Assembly: GCA_044370475.1 (NCBI GenBank)
Contig: JBILVK010000004.1
Span: 4,596-68,595, forward strand
DNA length: 64,000 nucleotides
Reading direction: 5' to 3'
DNA from: Bacteroidia bacterium
Lineage (GTDB): Bacteria; Bacteroidota; Bacteroidia; UKL13-3
How positions within the stretch are numbered: position 1 is the first letter of the stretch; each line of letters opens with the position of its first letter. The notes beneath the pieces are model-generated. The model saw only the letters and a list, made by a program, of their open reading frames with translations. It was not told the DNA's origin and did not search any database. Both the position numbers and the translations under genes were made by a program. Below, piece after piece: positions 18,501 to 27,828 of this stretch.

Positions 18501-18957
18501 CTTATCTATTTTTAACATGAGCATTTCCATCGTAATGACCGGCGTTGGGGTAATTGCCTTGGCAGGTATTGTAGTGAGAAACGGTATTTTGCTTGTTGAG
18601 TTTACAGATTTGCTCATGGAGCAAGGTATGGAAATGAAAGAAGCCATTATAGAGGCAGGAAAAACAAGGATGACACCTGTTATTTTAACAGCATCAGCCA
18701 CTATTTTAGGCTTAATTCCATTAGCCGTTGGTCTGAACCTAGACTTTGTTTCGCTTTTTAGTCATCTAAACCCGCATATTCATTTTGGAGGAGATAACGT
18801 AGCATTTTGGGGGCCTTTAAGTTGGACCATGATTTTCGGGTTAAGTTTTGCTACCTTTTTAACACTAATTTTGGTTCCGGTGATGTTATTAATGTCGAAT
18901 AACCTTAAGAAAAGATTTGGTATTCCATTGGTTAAGAAGCATGCAATTGAGGAATAG
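15571..18957 (+). CDS. Efflux RND transporter permease (AcrB family)
   Basis: 1128 aa with the 12-TM, two-large-loop architecture. AcrB-type blocks are present (LALGIVVDDAIVVIEN, GIVVRNGILLVEF). Confidence 0.95.
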   Translation: MSMLDKIKEFKPSSWAIDNKTSVYIMTIIITLAGILSYISLPKEQFPEVVFPQILVNTIYAGTAPKDMENLVTKHIEKQVKSINGVKQVTSSSLQDFSMINIEFNTDVDVPVAKQRVKDAVDKARKDLPTDLTREPEVIDIDVSQIPIMNVHLSGDYPLDKLKDYAENVKDRIEGLKEITRCDIVGALDREIQIDVDMYKMQVADITMRDIENAVKYENMTISGGQIRMDGIKRSVNVIGQYTDAKKIGDIIIRSGSGATIYLKDIATITDGFKEKESYARLDHENVVTLNVIKKSGQNLIDASDQIKQITKDMQENSLPSGLKVTITGDQSEKTKVTLDDLINTIIIGFILVTFILMFFMGTTNAIFVAMSVPLSMFIAFLVMPVVGFTLNMIVLFSFLLALGIVVDDAIVVIENTHRIFDHGKVPIVKAAKSAAGEVFLPVLSGTLTTLAPFIPLAFWQGVIGKFMFYLPITLIVTLLASLLVAYIINPVFAVDFMKPHHLGEKRRNITKGFKITSIVFAVIVSLSYIFQNWGLGNLMLTLYGLYCLDRFVLHGMIQKFQDVTWPNFQERYKKLLVWVLQGSRPIWTLVATIVLLLFSIILTGIRSPKVVFFPQSDPNFVYTYISLPIGTDQVYTDSITNLIENRIYKVVGDTNPIVESIISNVAVGANNPQSFDFSVSPHLGKVTVAFVPFGKRDGASTVEYLDKIREAVKGIPGAEVTVEQEQGGPPTGKPINIEITGDEFEQLTLVSRDIKRYLDSLAIPGIEELKSDLQSNKPEIVIEIDRERANREGISTAVIGKELRDAIFGAEVSKFKDARDDYPIQLRYAFDQRNNINALMNLKITYRDMNMGGQIRQIPLASVAKVSYGNTFGGIKRKNQKRMVTITSNVLSGYNANEINDKIMKSIKRYPLPQDVMVSMTGEQEKQKETGSFLGKAMLISFGLIFLILVTQFNSISKPIIIFSEIFFSIIGVLLGLSIFNMSISIVMTGVGVIALAGIVVRNGILLVEFTDLLMEQGMEMKEAIIEAGKTRMTPVILTASATILGLIPLAVGLNLDFVSLFSHLNPHIHFGGDNVAFWGPLSWTMIFGLSFATFLTLILVPVMLLMSNNLKKRFGIPLVKKHAIEE

Positions 18958-18967
18958 GAGGCCCTAA

Positions 18968-18999
18968 GCGCTTCACCTACCTAGGTGAAGCGCCTTTTT
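18968..18999 (+). terminator. Rho-independent terminator after the RND operon
   Basis: Stem GCGCTTCACCT/AGGTGAAGCGC, 4-nt loop, then CTTTTT. Confidence 0.6.
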
Positions 19000-19101
19000 A
19001 CATAAAAATGATAGTAATTTCCTTTTGCAATTGAAAATAATATATTAATTTTACCCCCAGAAATTACAATGCAAAAAGGTGAATAACCTGAGCATATACG
19101 A

Positions 19102-19175
19102 TAATTGCATCTAGGGGTAGAGTGCAATTTGTTTCATAGGCTAAAGCGGGGTCTGGGTAACCAGCCCCGTTTTTT
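19102..19175 (+). ncRNA. Candidate small RNA / structured RNA element, copy A
   Basis: 7-bp hairpin AATTGCA/TGCAATT with a 13-nt G-rich loop, a 17-nt linker, a GC-rich bulged hairpin with GTAA tetraloop, and T6. It is near-identical to copy B, with compensatory stem changes. Confidence 0.4.
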
Positions 19176-19245
19176 AAAGTTCTTTTAAATGTGCTTAATA
19201 ATATTGACAGTAAACAATAAACCTATTGTTTATACGTTATAAAGG

Positions 19246-19321
19246 TAATTGCATCTAGGGGTAGAGTGCAATTTGTTTCATAGGCTAAAGCGGGGTTCGG
19301 GAAACCGACCCCGTTTTTTTT
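19246..19321 (+). ncRNA. Candidate small RNA / structured RNA element, copy B
   Basis: Same architecture 144 nt downstream. The first 50 nt are identical to copy A. In the terminator stem two adjacent base pairs are swapped with pairing kept, the tetraloop is GAAA, and a T8 run follows. Confidence 0.4.
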
Positions 19322-19344
19322 ATGTCCTCTTGGGTCAATTTGAC

Positions 19345-19374
19345 TTGCCTTTTTATTCTTTCCCCATAAATTTG
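19345..19374 (+). promoter_or_regulatory. Candidate promoter of the ABC-F gene
   Basis: TTG (19345-47), a 19-nt spacer, then TAAATTTG (19367-74), which matches the Bacteroidota TTG / TAnnTTTG consensus. It lies 40 nt upstream of the ATG. Confidence 0.35.
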
Positions 19375-19414
19375 AGTTTGAACCCTTACCTTCGCATCCC
19401 TTTTAGTTTAATAA

Positions 19415-21032
<1,618 letters not shown>

Positions 21033-21034
<2 letters not shown>

Positions 21035-21074
21035 AAAAAAACTCAGTGGAATTGTTTTCACTGAGTTTTTTTTT
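21033..21074. terminator. Terminator after the ABC-F gene (A-run/T-run flanked)
   Basis: Stem ACTCAGTG/CACTGAGT, 10-nt loop, T9 downstream and A8 upstream. Confidence 0.6.
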
Positions 21075-21089
21075 AAGTAACAGGCTGTA

Positions 21090-21118
21090 TAAAAGAACCA
21101 AAGGCCGCTTACGCGGCC
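21090..21118 (-). terminator. Candidate minus-strand terminator downstream of the LytTR operon
   Basis: On the minus strand GGCCGC-GTAA-GCGGCC is followed by TTTGGTTCTTTT. Confidence 0.35.
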
Positions 21119-21369
21119 CCGGTCCAACCTTTACTCAAGCTACAGGGAACCCGTAGCAAGATTTTTGGGGACTGGGGTAGTTTAGGCTTCAGCAGGGTGT
21201 TTTTTGACTACAACCACCATTGTAGAGCTACTACAATGATTGATATCAGTACAAAAGATACTAGGGCAATTTTTTTTTCTTTCATCGGCGAAACAAAGAT
21301 GAGAAAAAAATAATCCCTAATCCTGAGAAACAAATAACTGGTAGCTTTGATTGTTTACTTGGATGCATT

Positions 21370-22149
21370 TTAGATAATACTGGCATATTTTTCGAGTGAT
21401 TTTTGGAAAACTTCCTTTTTCCTTCTCGAAACTTCAACCTCAGCACCGTCAATCATAACTACTACACCACCCTCTCCCTTAATATATTTCTTTATGAATT
21501 TTAGGTTTATCAAATGTGAATGATGAACCCTACAAAATCCATAATCGGTTAGTAAATCGTCATAATCCTTGAGCGTTTTGGAAACTAAAAGAGATTTATT
21601 CTCTGATAGTATGAAAAATCGGGTGTAATTAGTATCACTTTCGCACCTAACTATTTCATCAATAGGAATAAAAATCGCGCCCTCGGATGTAGGCAAAGAT
21701 AATTTAAAGTTTTGTTTATTTATAGTTCTTAAATTTTCAAGCAAATTATTTATTTGTAACTGAGGCTGATGCATAGCAATTTGCCTTTTTTCGGCAGTTT
21801 TTTCAATGGCATTTGAAAGTTCTTCCGGATCTATGGGTTTTAATAAGTAATCTATCGCGCTAAATTTGATTGCTTTTATTGCATAACTGTCGTACGCTGT
21901 AGTAAAAATTACATCAAAAGTTCTATTTGGCAAGGCTGCCAACAAATCAAAGCCATTTTTGAAAGGCATTTCGATATCAAGTAGCACTAAATCTGGGCTA
22001 TATCTTTTAATGTGCTCAATGGCTTCATCTACATTTGCTGCTTCCGCAACCAATTGAACGCTCTTCATCTGCGAAAGCATTGCTTTTAAGGCATTACGAC
22101 CGCGAGATTCATCTTCTACAATTATTGTTTTTAAAGGGTTTTTATCCAT
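21370..22149 (-). CDS. LytTR-family response regulator
   Basis: Receiver domain (IIVEDE..., DLVLLDIEMP, ...YLLKP) plus a C-terminal LytTR DNA-binding domain. It overlaps the kinase gene by 8 nt. Confidence 0.9.
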   Translation of the reverse strand: MDKNPLKTIIVEDESRGRNALKAMLSQMKSVQLVAEAANVDEAIEHIKRYSPDLVLLDIEMPFKNGFDLLAALPNRTFDVIFTTAYDSYAIKAIKFSAIDYLLKPIDPEELSNAIEKTAEKRQIAMHQPQLQINNLLENLRTINKQNFKLSLPTSEGAIFIPIDEIVRCESDTNYTRFFILSENKSLLVSKTLKDYDDLLTDYGFCRVHHSHLINLKFIKKYIKGEGGVVVMIDGAEVEVSRRKKEVFQKSLEKYASII

Positions 22150-25144
22150 GGATCATCGGAATTTGTATCACCACCTTGGTTCCGCAAGCTATATTATTTT
22201 TGTCATATAAATCAACAATTTCAATTTTTGGACTTGAACCAAATAAAATATTGAGGGTGTGGATTCTGTCTTCACTGTTTTTGCTTGCCATAGACTGATG
22301 CAATTGTGTTTTGTTGTTTCTAATGGCAATTGCTGCATTTCTTCCAATGCCATTGTCCTCAACTGTAACCTCAATAAAGTTTTCTGAAAGTTTTTTAAAG
22401 CCGATTTTAAGAATTTTATTGTCTGACTTATACTGCAAGCCATGCCAAATTGCATTTTCAATATGGGGTTGTATGAGTAAAGTAGGAATGAGCGCTTCCA
22501 AATCAATTTCAGGGTCAATTTCAAATTGAACGTTTAGCGTGTTGTTTAATCTCAAAGCCTCTAATTCTATGTAGAGTTTTAAAAACGAAATTTTTGTATT
22601 GATGTTAACGAAGGTTTGTTCTGAAATATCTAAAATCATTCGCATGAGTTTAGCGAACTTACTTAAATACCTGGCAGCTTGCTGACCCTCGTTATTAAGC
22701 ACAAAGTCTTGTATGGAGTTGAGGGAGTTAAAAATGAAGTGAGGATTCATTTGTGCGCGCAGAGCCTTTAGTTCTAATTGAGCAATCATTTTACTTTGGT
22801 TGCTTAACTCCTGTTCTTCAAAAATGGCTTTTCTTGTTCTATTATAAATTCCATATGCCCCAAGTCCAGCGATTAGAATTACTGTAAAAATTTTAAACCA
22901 AAGCATCTGATAAAAGGGAGGCACAATTCTAAAAGCAAGGGATGGTATTTTTTTACTCTCCTTTCCATCTGGATTAATTGCCTTTACTTTAAAAACATAT
23001 TCTCCCTCTGGCATTTGCCCAAAGCTAGCAAACCTTCTGTCTCCTAAATCTGTCCAATCATTTTGCAAACCTTCCATCTTAATAAAGTAATTGTATTTTC
23101 CATTGAGGTAATAATCGAGGGAAGTATAGTCTATGGAAATATAATTCTCACTTAAAGGAATGTTATAATAGCTAGCGTCTGCTAATTTGTTATTAAAAGT
23201 AGAAATGCTTTTTATTACAATGTTACATTCGTTGGTGTCATTCTTTAGCTTCTCTGGGATAAAATAATTTAGACCCGCAACTCCCCCAAAAAACATATGC
23301 CCATTTGAGCTAAGCAAACAAGAGGATTCAATAAATTCACTTCCTTGTAATCCATCGTGGTAATAGTAATTGGTAGATTTTTTTGTTTTAACATCAATGG
23401 CACCCAAACCTTGGTTGGTGCTAATCCAACATTGGTTTTTATTCTTGTTCATTAGAATAGAATATATTTGGTTATTAGAGATTCCTTTCTCTTTATCCAA
23501 GTGCTCAATTTCTCCCGACTTATTCAATAAATAGACCCCCCAACCTGCAGTTCCAATCCAAATATTGCCTAAGTAATCTTGTGCAACAGACGAAACCATG
23601 GGTTGTTTTTTATCGGCAGATAAATTTACCAATTTAAACTGGCCGCTTTCTGTATTCAATATATACAAGCCTGCAACAGTAGTAACATAGATTTCTTTGG
23701 GCGAAAAAGCTCTTAAGCTTCGGATGTTTTCTGAACCTAAATTTGAATTACCAATGCCAAAATATTTTAAGGTTTCACCTTTCTTTAGGTCGTACAAAAA
23801 CATTCCATCTTTACCTGCCATCCAATATTGATTGTTTCCTATTGACAAAATACTTTTAATGTCACCTTCAAAGTTCTTTACCATATTTTTAGTGCTGATG
23901 AAATCAAATTGATTTTCTTCCAACTTAAATCTATATAGTCCTTCTGGCGTGCCAACCAGAAAATAATCTTGATTGTTCTCTGGAACAATGCAATTGCCAA
24001 TAACTCCAGTTTTTATCCATCTTAAAATCTTCCTTTCAGTTGGATCAAACAGTGCAATGCCTTCTAATGCATTTTGAAATAATACTTGTCCATTCTTAGT
24101 TTCTGCAATGCTCAATATCTCCTTGCATTTTGAAAAATTAGAGTTGATTATATATGAGATTAATTCAAATTTATGCCTATTGGGATTATGTAAATTTATG
24201 CCTCCAAGTTGAGTACCCACCCATAAATTATTTGTTTTATCTACAAATAGGCAATTTATTCTGTTGTTGGTTAAAGATTCGAGATTGCCCTCTTCTTGTA
24301 AAATGACATGTTCATTTCCTACAGCATCTAAGGATAAAATTCCTTCGGCAAGCCCAAGTAAATAGAAGCCTTTGTAATAGGTAAAGCATGTGCTGCCAAG
24401 TGTTTGAGAAATTGCCCTGCTTTGATGGTTCCTTATTTGATTAAGGTCCAAATTGCCATGGTGGAAAGTGTTGTCTGCTTCTATCCAGGTAATTAAGCCA
24501 GAGGGCTCATGTATGATATGTTTGATATAAGAATTAGGTTGATAATTAATATCTACGATGGCTTCATTGAATGGATAATAAGCATGTATTCCATCTACCT
24601 TGCTGAATAATATTTTGCCGGTATTTATGGCAAATATGTCGGTAACTGGACTTCCACTATGGATATTTTCAAATATTCTTTTCGAAAATGAATAACGCCA
24701 TAAACCATTTTCGGCAGCAATAAGAGCTTCATTATTGCATAGGATTAATTTTTTTGGTTTAACAATGGTATTGTTTGGAAAATCAATAATAGATGAAACA
24801 AGGGATTTTGATTTAAATAAAAATAGTTTGTCATTGGAAATTGCGCCAACTAAATTGATATTGTTGTGAAGGCTAATGATAGATGCCTCAACAGGTTTTT
24901 CATCTCCCGACTTAATACTTTCAAAAGTATGTCCATCGTAACGCAAAAGGCTAAACTCCGTTCCAATCCAAATGTAACCTTGCGGACCTTGGTGAATTGC
25001 TTTAATGTTGATTTGTGGCAATCCACTTTGTTCGTTTAATCGTTCAAAGCGAAAATTTTGGGCATTAATCTCCCCAAGTAGACCTGCAATTGAAATAAGA
25101 ATGATTAATATTGCGCGCAATCCCTTTGTATATTTTAGAGCCAA
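22142..25144 (-). CDS. Sensor histidine kinase with periplasmic beta-propeller / Y_Y_Y domains (LytS-type kinase core)
   Basis: About 700 aa of repeated propeller-like blades (..W[IV]GT..GL..). There is one TM span (LWFKIFTVILIAGLGAYGIY), the PF06580-like H-box QMNPHFIFNSLNSI, and an HATPase C-terminus. The only available start is the TTG at 25144. Confidence 0.85.
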   Translation of the reverse strand: MALKYTKGLRAILIILISIAGLLGEINAQNFRFERLNEQSGLPQINIKAIHQGPQGYIWIGTEFSLLRYDGHTFESIKSGDEKPVEASIISLHNNINLVGAISNDKLFLFKSKSLVSSIIDFPNNTIVKPKKLILCNNEALIAAENGLWRYSFSKRIFENIHSGSPVTDIFAINTGKILFSKVDGIHAYYPFNEAIVDINYQPNSYIKHIIHEPSGLITWIEADNTFHHGNLDLNQIRNHQSRAISQTLGSTCFTYYKGFYLLGLAEGILSLDAVGNEHVILQEEGNLESLTNNRINCLFVDKTNNLWVGTQLGGINLHNPNRHKFELISYIINSNFSKCKEILSIAETKNGQVLFQNALEGIALFDPTERKILRWIKTGVIGNCIVPENNQDYFLVGTPEGLYRFKLEENQFDFISTKNMVKNFEGDIKSILSIGNNQYWMAGKDGMFLYDLKKGETLKYFGIGNSNLGSENIRSLRAFSPKEIYVTTVAGLYILNTESGQFKLVNLSADKKQPMVSSVAQDYLGNIWIGTAGWGVYLLNKSGEIEHLDKEKGISNNQIYSILMNKNKNQCWISTNQGLGAIDVKTKKSTNYYYHDGLQGSEFIESSCLLSSNGHMFFGGVAGLNYFIPEKLKNDTNECNIVIKSISTFNNKLADASYYNIPLSENYISIDYTSLDYYLNGKYNYFIKMEGLQNDWTDLGDRRFASFGQMPEGEYVFKVKAINPDGKESKKIPSLAFRIVPPFYQMLWFKIFTVILIAGLGAYGIYNRTRKAIFEEQELSNQSKMIAQLELKALRAQMNPHFIFNSLNSIQDFVLNNEGQQAARYLSKFAKLMRMILDISEQTFVNINTKISFLKLYIELEALRLNNTLNVQFEIDPEIDLEALIPTLLIQPHIENAIWHGLQYKSDNKILKIGFKKLSENFIEVTVEDNGIGRNAAIAIRNNKTQLHQSMASKNSEDRIHTLNILFGSSPKIEIVDLYDKNNIACGTKVVIQIPMIHG

Positions 25145-25163
25145 ATTAAATAATTAATTATCA

Positions 25164-25991
25164 ATGCAAAACTATATTTTATGTGAGCTAGTTTGTGATA
25201 GCCCTCTTGTTGAAATTTTAATAGCCGAATTGGGTGAAATTGGTTTCGAAGGTTTTATTGAAAATGACCAAGGATTTGAAGCGTATTTGCCACAAAATGA
25301 GTATGACGAAAAGGCCTTAAATGAGGTGCTGCTCAAATATTCTTTTGACCTTAAAAACCTCAATATAAAAACAGTTGCTCAGCAAAATTGGAACGAAGAA
25401 TGGGAGCAAAATTTTGAAGCTGTTTGCATAGGTTCTGAACTTAGAATTAGAGCACCTTTTCATCTGCCTGATCCAAGTTTTCCTATCGAGTTGGTGATAC
25501 AACCGAAGACTTCTTTTGGTACGGGTCATCACGAAACCACTTTTACCATTATGGAGTTGATGTTGGCCTGTGATATGCAGGGCAAATCTATTTTTGATTA
25601 TGGAAGTGGCACTGGCATACTTGCCATACTTGCCGCTAAACTTGGTGCTACCAAGCTTTTGGCCAATGATATTGATGAATGGGCAAGTGAAAATATTTTT
25701 GAAAATATTGCCCTGAACCAATCGCCTGATATTGAGTTTATACAGGGAGATTTAAACGCAATAACCCCTCAAAAGTTTGATTATATTTTAGCCAATATCA
25801 ACAAGAATATTTTAATGGGAAGCTTTGCTGGATTGAGTTCGCTTCTTGCCAAAGAAGGAACCTTATTTATTTCCGGATTTTATGATACAGACCTGCCAGA
25901 TTTAGCTGCTGAAGCTGAAAAGGCTGGGTTTAAAGTTGCACAAAAAGTGGTTAAAAACAATTGGACAGCCGCAAAGCTTCATCTCCTTTAA
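25164..25991 (+). CDS. prmA: Ribosomal protein L11 methyltransferase
   Basis: 275 aa. The block FGTGHHETT... DYGSGTGILAI matches the PrmA family. Confidence 0.9.
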   Translation: MQNYILCELVCDSPLVEILIAELGEIGFEGFIENDQGFEAYLPQNEYDEKALNEVLLKYSFDLKNLNIKTVAQQNWNEEWEQNFEAVCIGSELRIRAPFHLPDPSFPIELVIQPKTSFGTGHHETTFTIMELMLACDMQGKSIFDYGSGTGILAILAAKLGATKLLANDIDEWASENIFENIALNQSPDIEFIQGDLNAITPQKFDYILANINKNILMGSFAGLSSLLAKEGTLFISGFYDTDLPDLAAEAEKAGFKVAQKVVKNNWTAAKLHLL

Positions 25992-25998
25992 AACTTGA

Positions 25999-27024
25999 TT
26001 ACTCCATAAAAGGGAAAACCAATTCTGTATACCATTTACTTGTATCGGGCTCTGTGGTTGGGTCGGTAAAATAAAACTCCAAAGGTGCCCCAACAGGTTT
26101 GTAATTTTGATGTGCTAAATACTCAAAACCTTTGCTGTAAATGGGACCAATTTGTTCATAAGAACCATAGTATTTTACAACCAACCATTTATTGGAGGCT
26201 AAGCTAGCAGATACAACTGGTGGATTATAGCTATTAGGTTCAGAACACGGAATGGCTGCCATGATATCAAATGTGTCGCCCTTGGCAAAGTAATTTATGG
26301 TGAAAGGATTTCCAGTACATTGGATGTTTTTTTTCTTTAATTCATCCAATAATGTAGCATAATATTTTTCTAGGGTAGCACCAATGTCTGCCCCTTTAAT
26401 TTTGCTTCTAATGCCAACATAATTTAAGCCTCCAAATGCTCTTATTTCGGCATCAAAATTTCCAATGGTTATTTGCGGATTCGCTTCAAGGTATTTTTTA
26501 AGGTTGAATAACCCGTTCTCAAAATTTGGGCCTACAAATCCTGCCATAAAAGGCAGCATTAATTTGGTGAAAGGGACTGTCCAAAAGGGCATTCCATCTG
26601 TGCTTTTATGGAAACTCCAATTAACCAAGGTGCCAGAATCTGTTGGCGTTAACAGGAATCTACTGTGTGCTTTACCAGCATTTTTCATTTCAAGAGCAAA
26701 GTCAACCACCGAGTCTAAACGCGAGTCTTCTATTAACATAGTACCTTTGCCCACCTCCGAATGATTGCTATTCCAATCGAACTTAGCTCCTTTGCCTGTT
26801 TCAATTTCACCAAAAGCATATTGCGTAGTGCTGTCTTTTTGGTGCCATGGACTCCAAATCTTCCATAGCTTAAAATTGTTGACGAGAGGAAAAATAGTGC
26901 TAGGTTTTGCATTCACATGAATGCTTCTTTCTATTCGAATTTCGTTAGAAAGAAAAAAGGAAACTAGCACTAAGAGCAAGAGCAATGAAACAATGGAGAT
27001 AAGGGTATACTTTAGAAATTTCAT
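25999..27024 (-). CDS. Membrane-anchored SRPBCC-domain plus GyrI-like domain protein
   Basis: N-terminal TM span, a polyketide-cyclase/SRPBCC-like half, and a C-terminal GyrI-like effector-binding half. The assignment rests on overall pattern and is of moderate certainty. Confidence 0.6.
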   Translation of the reverse strand: MKFLKYTLISIVSLLLLLVLVSFFLSNEIRIERSIHVNAKPSTIFPLVNNFKLWKIWSPWHQKDSTTQYAFGEIETGKGAKFDWNSNHSEVGKGTMLIEDSRLDSVVDFALEMKNAGKAHSRFLLTPTDSGTLVNWSFHKSTDGMPFWTVPFTKLMLPFMAGFVGPNFENGLFNLKKYLEANPQITIGNFDAEIRAFGGLNYVGIRSKIKGADIGATLEKYYATLLDELKKKNIQCTGNPFTINYFAKGDTFDIMAAIPCSEPNSYNPPVVSASLASNKWLVVKYYGSYEQIGPIYSKGFEYLAHQNYKPVGAPLEFYFTDPTTEPDTSKWYTELVFPFME

Positions 27025-27031
27025 ACAATAA

Positions 27032-27679
27032 TTATTGATTTAGATTTACAAAAGGGTTGAATTTTTTTTCATGACCAATGGTTGTAGAAGGACCATGTCC
27101 AGAATATACTTTGGTTTCTTGAGGTAAGGTATAAAGAACCTCTGTGATACTTTTTGCAAGAATATCAAAATTTCCACCTGGCAAATCGGTTCGGCCAATA
27201 CTTTCTTTAAAAAGAACATCGCCAGACAAAAGATTCTTGCCAAGGGCATCATAAAAACTTACCGAAGCAATAGAATGACCAGGCGTAAAAAGCACTTCTA
27301 GCTCGGTGTTTCCAAATTTCAATTTGCTGCCTGGCTCAATAAAAACTAGGTCTTGGGGCAATTCAAATTTTGGCAAGCCAAACATTGCAGCCCATCTGTC
27401 GGTATCTTTATACGTGGCAAGCTCACCCTTATGTAAATACAAAGGCAAGTGATAATTTTGAGAAACAAATTGGTTGCCCAAAATATGGTCTATATGGCAA
27501 TGGGTATTCAATAATAAACTTGGAGTAAGTTGATGGTCTTTAATAAAACTGGTAAGGGTATTAATTTCTTCCTGCTTATAGCACCCAGGGTCAACAATTG
27601 CACATTGAAGACTTTGGTCGTACAGCACATAAGTATTCTCTTGAAAATCGTTAAAAACAAAACGTTGAATTTGAAGCAT
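27032..27679 (-). CDS. MBL-fold metallo-hydrolase (glyoxalase II-like)
   Basis: HxHxDH motif THCHIDH, followed by the PGHS and GD...GRTD blocks. Confidence 0.85.
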   Translation of the reverse strand: MLQIQRFVFNDFQENTYVLYDQSLQCAIVDPGCYKQEEINTLTSFIKDHQLTPSLLLNTHCHIDHILGNQFVSQNYHLPLYLHKGELATYKDTDRWAAMFGLPKFELPQDLVFIEPGSKLKFGNTELEVLFTPGHSIASVSFYDALGKNLLSGDVLFKESIGRTDLPGGNFDILAKSITEVLYTLPQETKVYSGHGPSTTIGHEKKFNPFVNLNQ

Positions 27680-27828
27680 GCGGCAAATTTCAACAAAAGT
27701 GCCTCCTTATGAAAGCTTTTCTCAATTATTTATATTAATAAGCGTCGTTTTTTAGTAAATACCTGTGTTTTTTACGATATTAGTTTGAGTGTTTCCCTTT
27801 TTTAATGCAAATTTGGTTGATTTTTAGT

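Noticed and set aside
19069-19242. Mini-ORFs just upstream of each RNA element (MQKGE at 19069-19086; a 17-aa ORF at 19189-19242), considered as leader peptides for ribosome-mediated attenuation of the ABC-F gene
   Set aside because: The two peptides are unrelated in sequence and length even though the RNA elements are near-identical. I found no convincing anti-terminator alternative. The ABC-F gene also has its own promoter-like TTG-N19-TAAATTTG downstream of copy B.
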